Source: Takakia lepidozioides (lineage: Eukaryota > Plantae > Bryophyta). Taken from it: DNA of 64,000 bases. A program made the position numbers and the translations under genes. The notes beneath the pieces were generated by a model. That model was not told the DNA's origin and did no database searches. It was given only the letters and a program-made list of their open reading frames with translations. The DNA lies in the NCBI GenBank assembly GCA_030704615.1, contig CM060731.1, forward strand, positions 57,598,001-57,662,000, read 5' to 3'. Within the stretch, counting starts at the first letter, position 1; each line of letters starts with the position of its first letter. Shown one piece after another: positions 32,401 to 46,724 of this stretch.

Positions 32401-33433
32401 ATGAAAATCCTAAGTTGAAGTTTCTCAGGAGGAACCTCCTTTCCTTACAAAATCTCTTTCATTGAAGTAACTTGCAAGCCTCATCTTTTCGCATCCGACC
32501 ATTAGTCTTGGCCTTTATGGTTATAGTCGAGATCCCTCATATCTAGGATTCATCCCGGCTAGACCTGCTGCACGCCTTTGAATGGTAAGAAATTATGTGT
32601 GACAGGCCCAAACTGCTGTTTCAACGCATCGAGCGCCTCTTATTACTTGCAATGGTTTCCCCAACCCACGTCAACGAAGAACATCCAACATATCTCACAG
32701 CGTAAGACCTTTCCACCACTGTGATCATGCACTGTTCCTTTCTAACAGATCAGCTGCTTCTGTTGCTCAACATCATTTTGCAGAGGGGGCACGGTCCAGA
32801 GGGGGCACGGTCCAAGATTGGTAGGTGGATGCAAGATCTTGGACGTCTGCAGGGTAGGAAACATGGCCCGAATTCTCTTGCAAATTCTTTCATCATTTCT
32901 GACATTGTGGAGCTGGTATCTAGAGTCATATTAATGGTGTACGTTGTAGGTTGCTTTCCCATATGTGTGCCCGTGTGTGTGTGCGTGTAAGCTGGCACTG
33001 CCCTGCAGGTATGATCCTACTTGTGAAATCTTCACTCTGAAGCACATCCATTGAAAGTTGTACGATCCGGTCTACAAAACTAACTAATTAATATTGTACT
33101 AAGGAGCGTGCATGCTGTTTATGTACAGTTGTCCGAAGTGGCTACTTCAGAATGTTTGACTATGGGCTCGTTGATAACCTTGTGAACTACCATCAAGCGA
33201 GCCCTCCTACATATCAGTTGGCCAACATCCCCAAAACTTTACCCATTCTTCTAGCCTATGGAGGACAGGATGCATTGGCCGATCCTAGTGATGTGGGAAC
33301 TTTGATGGAGAATCTCGAGCGCCCGGTGGATACTCTCTACCTGGACAACTATGGACACGCTGATTTCATTACAAGCTATCAAGCCAACACTGATCTTTAT
33401 ACCCCGACTGTTGCTTACTTCCGATCCCACTGA
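29446..33433 (+). CDS. Triacylglycerol lipase (alpha/beta hydrolase, plant LIP1/LIP2-like / acid-lipase family), 9 exons
   Basis: Signal-peptide-like N-terminus, VQTSDGYLL, PVYLQHGLL, LADQGFDVWIGN, nucleophile GHSQG (split by an intron at 31048/31317), GGQDALAD and YGHADF. Exons approx. 29446-29646, 30006-30116, 30632-30772, 30938-31048, 31317-31463, 31689-31729, 32027-32106, 32606-32701, 33129-33433. Confidence 0.93.
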
Positions 33434-34520
33434 ATCACTAAATTGTGTTGATCACCCCCTGAACTGACAAAATCGGTGATTGTCGAGGAAGATCTAACAT
33501 GTGGGCGGGAGTATTTTTCACGCACTATTACTGGACCATCCTTCCAAGATTCCAGTACTACTCGCTAGTACGTACTCAGAGGCTTGGTTTCAAGTTTGAA
33601 CGCATCCCAACTTAGTATATCAGCAAATCAGTGTACCCAAGACTTGCAATGCAACTTCTCGCCAGAAGTCTGCTTTTGTTTGCTTGTACATTACTTGTAC
33701 CAGACTGATGTACACTATAATATACCAGCATGGATTAAAAATTGGATACATGGTCAGTTAAATCGACTGGCGAATTCCCAAGTTACACAAGTACTGTACT
33801 TTCATTTATGCAAGTTATTGCCGCACAGTTTGTTTAAGCCCTAAGAATCTTGTTCCATAGTCAAGTGTCTTTACCACATCCAAATGAAGAGACCATAGTT
33901 CCACAACAGATTCAATGTTTCATAAGGAATTACTCGGCAAGCTCACCTTTCAAAGTTTAAATGGGATTTTGGGAAGAAACTAATACCATGAAAAAAAGTT
34001 TCATGTACCAGAAACTCACCCTTTAGTTGTACTTCCTTACTAAACCATCAATGGCCACAAGGCTACGGCAAACAACGTCTTATGAGTACTAAACCATCCC
34101 TTGGAAATAAGGTCTACTTCGAAAACCTCTTACCCCTGGTTCAAACGTTCAAACCCCTTAATCAGCCATGCCCATGGAGTCTCACAATGAAAGGAGGGTA
34201 TGTGAAAGCTGATGGGAGAACCAGGGCATTGGCCAAAAGCTTCCAGGCTCCCTTAAATGAGCTTGAAACTTGTTTGTTTCTAAGCCAGCCTGGGTCAGCC
34301 CCTTTTGAGACTCTCATTCTACATCCCCACACTGAAAACCCAATATACAACCAGCTGCTGAATAAACACACATGAGCCAGGAAACGAATGGATAAAAAAT
34401 GGTTTGCCATAACTATGCAGATGTTGCAGGATGAGATGAGGATGAGATATGGTCGGAATCCCTGCCAACAAGGGGACAGCATAGTTGGGGCCTAACTCAG
34501 GTTAGCTGAACCAGGTTGAA

Positions 34521-37500
34521 TTATGAACGATGCTCTAATGCCCTATTGGATGCCCCTGTCACCACGGCTGGCACCAAGAAAAGAAATAAGTTTGGGATTA
34601 CTGTGCACACAGCTTGAAAGAAAATGCCCAGAGATAAGTTGTCAAAAGTTTCAGATGAAATCTTGAGGGCGGATGCTAGAGCTGCACCATTGATGGAGCT
34701 GAGATTAGCCCCCAAATTATTCAAAGACATGAAAAGAGCAAATAGAGTGCCTTCAATTCCCGGTGGACAAAGTTGCCCTGACAGTACCAAGAATGGCATA
34801 AACCTGCAAATGGTATCATGGGCAACACATATGAGAAGGAAAAAAAGAGGGGTATGCCCTCTCTGGAAACAAGATAAACATGGATAGGAATCCATGGTGA
34901 AAGAGACACTAGTGTATCCAGCTTTATTCTCCACCCCACCAAACCCTCAAGAGTCATACATCAGCACACAGCCTCTTACAGTCCACAGCCCCCAGAAATA
35001 AGCCCCACACCGCACCCGAACATATTTCTACAAGATTCTTCCCATAGACCCCACTAGCTGCTCAATTAAATTGGTTAACAGCATCTCCCAAGTCGGAGGC
35101 ACCAAGGACAAAAGCTTTATCAGGAATGCCCAAGCGAGAGTTGAGCCCCGAAACAAGAATAATGTCGGTGAGCGTGAGCACTGCTAGACCCACATGCACC
35201 CACCTGTGGGCATGTCCCAGGCAGAATACTCCCCTCACTACAACCTTTCACTATCAATTATCTCTTCCCTCTAGGGTGGATGAAAAAATAGTTTCATAAA
35301 GTTGTAGTTCCTTTCATTTCATGTCTCTTCTTATCTCTTCAGCTACCCCCAGTCGTTATAAAGTATCATTTCATTTCCTAAAGTTCCTTGTCTTCATGAG
35401 GTATTTCATCTTCGAGTGATGAATTGGTGTAATTTAAAATTGTTTCTTGTTGGTCTACTTCATCACATGGACCCTGTGATTGTTATAGAGTTCGTTTCTA
35501 GCTCTCTACGTCACTTCCTCCTCTCCTCTGGCCACTCACCACCCCTCAAAAAACGTTTCTCTCCCTTCATCACTATATATGCATACTTGTCCCTAGTTTC
35601 AGTCTGTCTTGGTTTCTCAACATTCAAATCCACTGTCTCAATCCTTGCATTTCTTTTATGTGATGGCAGGCTTTCATACTAGCAAATCCCTGCAGCACCA
35701 GTTCTGGCCCTTATAATTCAAGCAAGCTCCTACTCTGCCCCATTGCACCTCTAGGCTGCCCTATGGATGTAGTAAGATTTTCTACCACATCTTCTCAATC
35801 TGAGACATGTTTTTTGTGTCCTAAATTCTCCCTCCCCTGCCAGCAAAACCATTTGAAGTCCGAAAGACTCACCACAACAATTTTCGCAAGGAGACATGCT
35901 TCAAGTAGTGGGTATACAAAAAAGTGCCGAACATGAGTCCCCCCCAGCCAATCACACGTGAAGTTCCAAGAAACGAGGAATCTAAATACAAGTGATTGGT
36001 TTGATAATAAAACATCATAGTTGATAAATTAGGGATCACCACCTGTGATATCATGAACCACAGCATCGGCCTGCCACAGCAGACAAAACGTTGTACGTTA
36101 ACAATAGAACCACGCACAGGCCACCAAGACAGCACTAGAGCTGTGGGTGGGACACTTCTGTGGGTCGAGTTAGCTTCAACAGAATCACTTCAGTGGCTGG
36201 CCAGTACGAAGGCTACATCAGCTCAACACCTTGCAAACATTTAGCAGCACATCTTACTATGAAATGGTTCTGGCAGTGAACAAAGTGTACGCATTTTATT
36301 TCCTCTGATTACACGTCCGCGGAAAGCTCATAGAGCTTATGGGCTCGTAGAGAGAGGGATAGTTTATAACATCCATACAGAGAGAGAGAATGTACTCATA
36401 AGACGTTGTTTGCCGTAGCCTACAGAGAAATGAAATGAAACGGTCCTTTGTAACGTCCGCGGAAAGCTCGTAGAGCTTATGGGACAAAGTGGAAGAAAAC
36501 ATGAGAGAGGAAACAAAATCAGAGCCAGAAATTAAAAAACTATTGTTCGAGTGATTGTCTAAGGGTGAGGCCTTCGTGCAGGTAAGCTGCCAAGCAACCT
36601 GCCAAGTCTGATCCTCATAGTGGAAGACTTCAGTGAGAGATTGGGTTCCGCAGAATAGACAGTGGAATCTCCCACGGATCTCATAGTATAGAGGGCAATA
36701 GAAGAAGTGTTCTTCAGTTTCAATTTCCTCTGTGCAAGCTGGACATAGGCGGTCTTCCCGTTGCAGGTTTTCCCAGAGAGAGAGAGAGAAAGAAACCTCA
36801 TAACATTGACTGGAAACCTTAAAGAGCTCATAGGACAAGGGAAACAGAAACAGAACATAAAAGTGGGGCCCCCAATAGTCAGCCATGCAACCATAAAACT
36901 ACAATTCAACTTCAAGTGATCCCCTAAATTGGAGCACCTTGTGTAAATATGCCGCAAGGCATTCCTGATCCTCGAATGGTATGAGAGGAATTGAAGGAGA
37001 ATGAGAGAGGATACATACTGCATTATAGCTGGCTGCTTAACCGCTTCCAGAAGAGCTACAAATGTTGACCTTAGGTCATGATTTGACCTTCTCTGCGGCT
37101 CCAATTGAGCTTCAGTAGTTTCCAAACTTTCGAGCATCCTGGTCATGTCTTCTCCAATTGAGCTCGGGCTACGTTTACGTACGCCTCCCACCTAACGTAA
37201 ATCCACAATGTCATGATTCATCCAGATATCTGGCTATGTGTAGCACTTTATCCATCTTCCAGTTGTTGGCTGAGTTTATAGTTCTCATAATGTTGAAAGG
37301 GATAGATCACAAAACCATGTGGGTGAGGCTAGTGAGTGATACGTGATACCTTGAGAAGCTCAAGCTTGTCCAATGCTCTCCTCCTGGTACCCAAGTCTTG
37401 CCCATCGGCTCCATTACACTGACTAGGTTTTTCTACTGTGGTTTCTTCCAGCCCATCCACTCCTATCTGAATCCAGTCTTTATCTTCCTGCAAATCCTCT

Positions 37501-40200
37501 CCCTCTCCCTTCTGGGACTCCAACTGCTTTTGCCTCCCTCCCACTCCTGTAGCAATTGAAACTTGTATCAGGTGCTTTCACGTTCTGGTCTGCTCTAGTA
37601 AACTTGGATTTCAAGATGCAGCAATATAATGAAGCAATGGACAGCTACCCTGAATCTCATAAAGTTAAATATGGAACAGCAAGAAAAGTTCTTTTCCAAA
37701 GTACACAAGGCTGTGTTTTTCAGAGTAAGCAAGATTCTATTGTTACAGCAGACACGAGATTTGGCAAGGAAGAAGGAAGATCAGGGACTCCTTGCCAATC
37801 ACAAACCCATCTTTCAAGGAAAATTTGGATGAGTCGGAATACCTAGATTCTCACCAGAGCCGTCCTCACAGATCCTGGTTTCCAATGGAGGAGCATCATT
37901 CTCACCCTGTTTCTCCGTCTCTATAAATATGTTTGAGACTTCGATACTAATGCCCCCCTCCTCACTGATCATGCTTATCAATCCATTATCACTGCTGCGC
38001 TGTGCTCCTTCCAACACTTCAAACTTGAAAGTTTCCCCATCATCTTCCTTCAAAGATGTTCTGTCCTCTTCTTCAATCTCAATAGTGAGCTGACCTAATG
38101 ACTTTTCCTCTATCAGCCCACAAGCCACTAGCTGTAAGAGGGGGAAAATAGAAAAGAGAAGGAAGATGCCCTCCACACTGAGGACTGAGAGACCAAGCCC
38201 ACCACTTATGCTGCCCAGAATGCCGCCAAATGCCATTGCCAGCCATGACAGTGACTGTAAATCTCCAGCAAATTCAGATCTGTCAAAATTGTAGCGATGT
38301 GTTATAATTGTATGCAATACGAAGCATTCTTACTACCATATATATCATTCATATGTGAACATGATAGAGAAAAACAAAATAGAAACTGGCCCCAATGTTT
38401 TCAACCCCACTTTCATAACCTACAAAAACAAGATACAAGACCTCAAACTCTGTCCAAAGAAACGTTGGTATCTGAGGCAAGGCTGGGGAAGACCTTTCTT
38501 ACCGTGCCGTTTCGGCCACCATTGCATCCACAACAACATCAGCCATAGCCGCACCAAAATTTTGAGTGGTAAGAAGCAACGTCAAATAGATGTAAGAAGC
38601 CCTTAAAGCATCGACCCGTCCAAGCAAAAACCAGGGAATGAATGATAATATGCTAGCTATGATCAAATATGGAACTCGTCGATTCCCTCCAATTGGGACA
38701 CAATCTGACAAAATACTGCGAAGACAATGATGCCTGGTTAGCTTTATGATAGATCTCTGTTTGTCTATGCATGCAATTGTCTACCGTTGACAAATTGATA
38801 CATGGGAGACATTGGCAGTACATCTACACAAATAGACTGCCAGTTGCAGCCTGGGAGCAACGGACACGGCAATGCTTTTCAAGTGCACACACGGAGTGCG
38901 AAGGAAAGACCACTATGCTGTACTTGGTTCCCAATACTCGGCATTCAATTTGGTAACATATCTAGAGGCTCCTGAAAATGCCATCTTTGCCATGCAAAAG
39001 CATACACCTGGAGATTTACAGTTCACCTGCAGAAACACGTACCCATATATGGGCTTCACACTCCAGGGAATAAATGCTGTGGAGACTACAAATTGAGACG
39101 CGGAAGGGCTGAGCCGAAGCTCATCCTTCATTTGATACGATACTGCCATCCATGCAAACGTGCGGAAGCCCTGCACAGACCCCATTGAAGATTAGCACAC
39201 CTGTCATGACTCCAAAAGTGTACACAACAAACCCTGGTGAGCCCTGCAATGCCTTCCATCTGCATTGTACCAAATCTATCTTGATCTATCCTTGTCGGTG
39301 CTCTCTTCCGACTGGATACAGACCAATCCCTTTTCTGAAGAAAAATGAAATGAACTGAAGTGGAATTTTATACCGTCCTCAGAAAGGTCAAAGACAAGAG
39401 AGGGAAAAAAACAAGACGGATGGGCTTTCCACCAGCATCCCAAAAGCCACTTTTGCTCAAGGGATTTTCTAAGAGTCACGCCTCATGCAGGTAAGCTGCC
39501 TGATCCTCGTAATGGAAGACCTCCGTGAGAGATTGGGTATCACGGAATAAACAATTGACTCTCCCATGGATCTCAGAGTAGAACGGGCAGTGAAAGACGA
39601 AATCTTCTCTTTCGATTCCCCTGTTGTTCCCAGTTGCAGGTTGTCCCACCTACCAGACTCTATCTGCAGACTGTGGGAGCCCACCGTGAACGTCTCCAAT
39701 GCCCTTAGAAGAGAGGGAGATGAGCTGAAGACAGGTAATCGGGCCGCGAGATCCTATCATCACGGAGGACCAAGAATGTCTCCCGATAGAACTGCAGTTT
39801 TGCTGTAAAATTGGATGGTTTCCATGTCCGCCTGACGTGAAGTTCCATAGGTTCTCGTCTGATGTATCCATTGCGGTTCTCCTTGGACAAAATTTCCACC
39901 CCCTCCGTATTCTGTGGCAGTAGGGAAGCAACGGAGAGTCATTTGCGCTCACAAAGTTGGACACTGACCATATTACCCACTCCATGAGAACCTTGGCTAT
40001 GCGGGGATAACCCCGCAGAAGACGTGAGGTTCGCCGAACCAGAGTAAAGAAGACAGAATTGAATTATGTGAGCCTTATACACAGCCGCACCACAATCTGA
40101 AACTACATAGGGGAAAGGCTACCTGAGTCCAGTAGACGGAAGTAATAAGGAAAAGGAAAGGTGTTCCAAAGTTGCTCCGGAGTCTTCGTATCCACCTCAT
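34521..40200 (-). CDS. Folate/biopterin transporter (BT1/FBT family, FBT4-like) with an enlarged acidic central loop
   Basis: MRWIRRLRSNFG...TQ|GFRTFAWMAVSYQMKD...PWSVKPIYG|ILSDCVPI...AMADVVVDAMVAE; GDLQSLSW; FMPFLVLSGQLCPPGIEGTLFALFMS. One donor site (35065-35064) reads TT instead of GT. Confidence 0.9.
36570..36780 (-). mobile_element. LINE 3'-end fragment (RTE/CR1-like CCHC finger) in an FBT intron
   Basis: REDRLCPACTEEIETEEHFFYCPLYYEIRGRF. Related copies at 39480-39830 and 47915-48000. Confidence 0.7.
39370..39830 (-). mobile_element. LINE 3'-end fragment (same family) in FBT intron 1
   Basis: HSLQIESGRW followed by frameshifted FHCPFYSEI...QSLTEVFHYEDQ. Confidence 0.65.
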
Positions 40201-40976
40201 GGCTGTCTTTCAGTGTTGTTGGAGTATTTCAGAGGTATCCTTAATGCATTGCAGCCGTCACAGTCTACCTACGAGCGCTTTGTGACTCCCTGACATATGC
40301 TAATTGAAGCAAATGCTCTATGATTCGACCCCTTTTCCGGACAATTTCTTCTTTCTCACAGCCAAAACACCCGTAATTACACGAGGTTCCCGAAACAGAC
40401 TTGCTCGCATATCTCCTAAATTGTTCTTGGAGTAGTTCAACCCGTCTCCCTCGAGTGCGCACATCCTGTGGCGATGCTCAAAGACAAGACAAGGCCCTCG
40501 CTTCACACACCCAGTTGCACATTCAAACGCAGAATGGCGGGGCAGGACGGCAGTCATGGCCCACAAGTGCGTGACTGTTACTATCTGCCAATCCAGATGG
40601 GTCGCAGCTCAGACAGCAATAGCCCGATGCCACGTGGTCCGGTGCTGGTCGGCAACGCTTCCTCAGCTCCTGCCACGCTGGACAAATCCCGTGGACCCTT
40701 CAGTACAATGCTGGAGGTAATTAGTTCTATTTTATTTTTATTTTGTTTATGTTTCATGTGATTTTTAGTTTTTTTAAGGGAAGATAATAGGAATAGATCA
40801 TCCCTAATCACCCACCACAGCCGTCTCTAGCTTTTAAGCCGTAGGCTTACTACGGTGACATTTCCCGCCTATACCCCCTTCATCTACTTTTCCCGTAAAC
40901 TCCTCTCTTAAACTCCATAACCCACACACCCAGCGGAGTCCTTAAAACACCTTCTGTTTTTCTGCATTTGTTAACT

Positions 40977-43962
40977 ATGGCTCCCGGAAGCAACCAGCTG
41001 CGTAACAATGAGAAGATGGTGACTCGTGGGAAAATCCGAGGGCAACAAAATATTCACAGAAGACCCAACCCGTCATCTGGTACGGGCTTTTTTATGGCAC
41101 ACCAAGCTCAATCCAGGATAGCTTCTGCCAGTGGTTCAGTAAGATATCCCTCCCCTCCCATTCCCATCAATCCTCTCTCTCCTCCCCAACCACTTCTCAA
41201 AATACCCAGGTTAAACTCCTTCATTCCGAACTTTCCGAACCCTCCAATTTTGGAGGAATCACCAGCAGATTGGGAGGAGAGCGCTCTTAATCAACATGAT
41301 CTGGACAACGACTACCCCATGATCAATATGAACATCCTGGAACTGCAAAGGAGAGTCACAACAATGGAGGAGACAGGTATCCTCATTCACTTTCCGGGGA
41401 AAGTGGATAGGGCAACAATCAGAGACTGCGCCATCAGACACCTTGGCGGTCAAGGAGAACTGAGGCAACTGTTTTGCCATGCCAAAGAAAGAGGGTTTTT
41501 CTCTATCATCTTTGAAACAAAAGAGGCAGTTAATGAGGCTTTGCTGTTTAACCCTCATACTAGGGGGTTTAATGTCAACATATATCTGTGGTCTCCTAGG
41601 ATGGGAAACAGGAATGGGAAGCTGTGGGGCCCCCGCATCGTCTCAGTCCCAAAGATTCCAGATCAGTATTTGGTGAACTTGGCAGATATTGCAAACCATT
41701 TCGGATCTTATCTTGGATGCTTGGCTGTCTTTGACCCTCAAATGTGTACACACAATCTAAGACAGGACCCAGCATAGAAATCAGTGACTATTGCTTCTCG
41801 CCTTCATGAAACTGGAAGTGCCAAATTTGTCTTGATGATGCCGGATGAGGATATTCTCCCGCAATTTGTCAAATTGCCTATAGATGAGGAGGGTAACTAC
41901 TTTACAATCCAACTCATAAAGGATACCACCTATGCGGCATGCTTCAACTGTGGCCAGTTGGGACATCTTATAATCGACTGCCATGTAGCCAAGCACGAGC
42001 GCACCTAGCCCTTGACCCCATCCAGACCGCGGAGACAAGAACAAGGAGGAAAAGGAAAGCATTGGGATAGCTCACCCCCAAGAATGGTCAGATTGACACT
42101 TCCTACCAGTAATTCCTTCCCCAAAATCACACTGGAATTGCATGTAACTCCAGGTTTGCAAACAATTGTCTCCAAACTGGCTCATTTCCACACCTAAACT
42201 TGGTGGAATGCTCAGCACTGGAATTTGTCGACACCCCGAAGGCAGCATGTGTGACGCCCTTGATCTTTCGAAAAAGCAGACCCCCGACTATCCTGATTAC
42301 ATCAGACGACTTGGAAACGGTTGAATCTTTATGGATAACATCAGCAGATCTCAAGCATTTCCTGCAATCCAACCCACCCAATAGCAATACGCAAATTTTG
42401 TTCAACGATAAAATTCAGCAGTTCTTCCTCAAGCAACAAAAACACTATTCACTTTCACCTCTCACCAAAATCTCATGGGGGGCATACCTGGAAGACCATC
42501 CTGGACTTAGTGTCAAACCTTCAACCCACATTATAGCCCTCATGGAGGATGCAGAAATTTATGCCTCACCTCCACCGATTGAGGCTATCTGGACTTATGA
42601 GGATTGGCTCTCAGCTCCCAGAGGGAGTCACAGCTTGCAAATTCGAAACCAGGATACCTTGATAAATGGGTTTTAGCTATTGGGAGCCCACTTGGACTCT
42701 GAAGTGGATGGGGACAACTACAGAATGGAGATTCAAAGAACAAGAGATCATATTAACGGCACCATGCGGGCAGATCAATCTCACTCTTCCTCAGATTCCC
42801 AGGTGGAATCTCCTACACAAGAGGGGAATCACAACATCATGGACTCGGCGAAAGGAGCTAAACACTTATCCTCCCCAACAATCATTAACACAACCCAGGC
42901 TAATTCGTTGCCGAACTCTTAAGTGACTTCTCCACCCATGGTCTTAATTCCCTCCTCTCCACCTTCCCCAAACAAGGTACCATCCTCTCCCTCACCCTGT
43001 TTCATTTACCAAGTTTTATCCGGGAACCCTATTAGATGTTGGATGTTATGCGAGAAAGGGAAATACTTTTGGGGGAAGCAGGTCAGACATAGGCTGCCAG
43101 TGTTTGATCTGCCAGATAACATACCCTCTGGGACTCCTGCCTCTAATGGCTCACTCAGTGATAGATACCCTGGTTTTTACGATCTATTCAACGCTGTGTT
43201 CTTCCCGGCTGAGGCCTCGGTTTTATCTGTAACTATCTCCACAGTATCTACAGAGCAATTCCATTCATCCCCAGAACTCCCGAAGTTCACAAAACCAAGA
43301 GGAGTTTTCATACTCATCCAGAACAAAACTCACAAGCCCCCGGACAATTATGTCTGGAAAAAATCCCTGCGACCAAGAAGCAGTAGGGTTAAATTCTTCT
43401 ACCAGACATCTAGGCTATCAAATGAGACTGACAGTCTCAGCCTACCACGATCTGGCAATGATCTTTAACCTTCATTCATGGAACATAGGGTTGGGAGCAG
43501 ACCCAGCTTCTCTAAAAAGGCTGAAAATTAAAACTTGGTTGGCTCCCTTCCTTGCAAATCATTCCATCATATTTCTGCAGGAGCATAAACTAGATCAAGG
43601 GAAAATACATAGCCTCTCTGATTATTTGTGGCCATTAGCCAACTCAGTATGGAAACCCACATCCACGGGAACGAAATGAGGTACTGCTATACTTCTTTCA
43701 CCATCCATTCAACCGTTCCTCACAACGCAAGACACCTGGCTCCCCGGAAGACTGCAATTTTGAGCCTTAACCCTACCCAACTCAACAAGTTTGTTTGGGC
43801 TGGTGAATATCTATGCACCCAATAATTCTGCTGACAGAGCAGAATTCTGGATCACTCTCAACACCAAAATGAGGGAACAACCTTCAATAGATAGCTGGCT
43901 AGTTTCTGGAGATTTTAATATGGTGGAGATGCAAGAGGATAGAAGAGGTGCGGGGTCATTTA
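40977..43962 (+). mobile_element. L1/Tx1-type LINE 5' part: ORF1 with zinc knuckle and start of ORF2 AP-endonuclease, interrupted by a CACTA element
   Basis: CFNCGQLGHLIIDC; SWNIG...IIFLQEHKL...LVNIYAPN...WLVSGDFNMV..DRRG. Several in-frame stops. Confidence 0.88.
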
Positions 43963-45265
43963 CACTACAACAGATTGCGGCTTTTATGACTCTGTGTTAT
44001 GACTGCAAATGCAGTTATGAAAGCCATTTACGACTTCATGACTCTGCAATCGTAAAACCCTAGTCAGTTGTGGCATGGCAGATATGACTTGCTAGCCGGG
44101 CTGTGACGTGGCGCCTGAGCAGCTGTGGGGGTAGTCATACACGCTGGCTTTACTGAATGACTGAACGGGTCCATGTCAGCCGCAATGTAAGAGAGACACG
44201 TGCTCTCTACATAACACGCCACGTGTCAGACTGCGATGCCATCTTGACTGCAGAAGAGGGAATCAGACGTCAGCACGTGTCGCATCGTGATTCTGACACG
44301 TGGTTCATCATGTCAATTGACACGCGTCGCTATGGGGGGTTGGGGATTTAATTTATTGTTATTATTATTATTATTATTATTACTTTTGACCAACAGGGGA
44401 CAACGGCACATTATTAATTAACGAATTTTTGAAATTATATTCTTAAATAAAATATTTATTCGCTCAGATACCAAAACACACCCTTACGGGGAATAAGAGT
44501 TTGCCTTAGTGCCTATGCTGAATTGCGTTTGCTACTCTCTGTAATCTAACAGGCATTCACCTTTTTGCCTCTGTTGTCCCACCATTGACTGGGGTCAAAA
44601 AAGTTCATTCCACAGGTTCTCCTCATCTCTGTTACCTGTTTCTGGATACTTTCCTATTGTCACTTTGGCAGTATCATGTCAAAGTCACTCCAAACTATCT
44701 ACTATCTACCCATGACCATCTACCCATGCAGGTTTCTTGTAGCTATCCTTCCACAGGGAATCATTGGTAATCTAGAGCTTGAAATCCGGCTCTCTTGGAT
44801 GATCTGGACCCACACTCTATCCCTGCTCCTTCAGCTATCCATGCCTCTGCATAGATCATGCATATATCATTGCATTGCTGTTAGCAGCTGACAATAGGGG
44901 AATACTTGCGCGTGAGCCTGGCTAGGCTCATGCCACGTCAGCAAGCATCCACGTGTACAGGCCCTAATTCCGTGCTCCCCCCCCCCCCCCCCCTATTTCC
45001 GCGGATCGGTTGTCGCCTATGTCCTTATTTTTTGAACCCTCTTCATCGCCCCCACATTAATATTATTTCCGGCCGAGGAACAATGGAAGGTTTGTGGATG
45101 GTTTAGGATGGAGGACATGATTTTGGAATGAGGAGATCGCCCGGTAGATAATTGAATATTAACAGCAAAGTCTTTTTTTGCAAAGTAGTTCATTCATTCC
45201 AACCCACAAACATTTTCCAATGCTGGAATCTCAAGACCTACCTCAGGCAATCCCTAACTGTACTT

Positions 45266-46690
45266 TCAGGAACGCGCGAAGAACTTGAAAAACAGTTTGG
45301 CAATGCTTGCAACACCAAAACACAATTTATTAAGCCTCTGTACATGAACCTCATGAACTACTGGAGGTTTCAGAGGAACCACTTCCATCTGAAACAGCAG
45401 CCTATCCGCGACGTTTTTTTCTTCCATGACCCCCATGGAGAGGCGAATACATTGTTTGTTGGGACACACCCGTGCGCATGCTTCCGCGTAAACCGGCAAG
45501 CGGTAAGCTCTAGGGGGACTTGGGGTCATGTAACCGAAATGTGTTTGCTGATTCGATGACTGGTGCCGAACTCTGGAAAGCAAGAAAAGGAATGGTGGTA
45601 GATGTCATCATGCAGAAATAGACAATGTAAGCAACCATCTATCGAACGGGAATGACACAAAGAAATGCAACATATATTGCACGACAAGAGCTGAACTTAC
45701 TCACACTCAAAATCGGAGTCCACGTCGAGATCCTCCTCAGGCGCTTCGGGCTCATCCAGAAGTGCCTCTGTGGATGGGGCAGAAGTAGTGCCCGACTCAA
45801 GCTGATGAAGCTCGCTTGAGAAGAGCTCCGTATCAGCCTCCATGCCGAAGAAGTGCCTTCCGGCGCTTTTGCACGCATGAAAAGATGATCCTGCAAATCG
45901 AAGACGAACGAGAAATTAAAACAAGGCTTCCCTAAGCCCACTGCCCATATTTCAAATACAGAGTTCAAGGCCCCACCTGTGCCAATAGACAAGTCAACCA
46001 CTTGTCCACCGTGACGGCTGCATGTCTCCACCAAAGTCTGCATGAAAGCTGGGGATTTATCCCGGACACCTCTCCAAGGGACACCAGTCGGCCTTTTCGT
46101 AGTTCGACCCGAGTCCACGTAATTGAAGATTACATCATCCTCCCACAGGCTCGCAGGTGGGGTCAATGTGAGCTGCAAGGTCCCTCAACTGGAACTCAGC
46201 AATACCAGGAGGAAGAGTGTCCTTCCACACCCTCACCAGGCACAAAGCTTCGAACACCCGAGTCTGCCAAAAATCACGAAGAGAGCATGAGCAAAAAGAC
46301 AAAACCTACTTTTGACACTTTCTGAAGAACCACGAAACTTTAATTCAAAGGAACCAACTCACTTTCTGCCCCGGGAACTCGCCCTTCGTAAGAGGCAGAG
46401 TGTTGATGCATGTCCAAGTTTTGATGACACGAAACCCGGAAGCTTTCATGTAGCTGAAAAGAGTTCTCCGTGCCGACATGTCCTTTGACTGCATGAGAAG
46501 AAGAGCCCCCGAGTCAGAAAGGAATTTGTTGTTGAATGAGAAAGCCCACTGCCAGTAACGAGAATCCGATTGTTCCAAGTGGGGGTTGCATTGGAAGGCA
46601 ACACATCAGGGACAAGCAAACCGTCAGGAATGTCTAGCACCACAAGGTCAGTGGCGTATGCCTGCTGAACTCCATTCACCCAATCTGACC
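45266..46690 (-). pseudogene. N4/N6 DNA-methyltransferase-like gene, paralog B (C-terminal half), frameshifted and 5'-truncated
   Basis: Exons ~46690-46363, 46263-45977, 45890-~45703 and ~45573-45266. Sequence reads DLVVLDIPDG ... FLSDSGALLL ... GFRVIKTW ... RDKSPAFMQTLVETCSRHGGQVVDLSIGTG|SSFHACKSAGRHFFGMEAD, the beta-class order motif IV ... X-I-II. Confidence 0.8.
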
Positions 46691-46724
46691 TTTTTGTGAC
46701 CGGTTACAAAAAACAAGAGACAGT

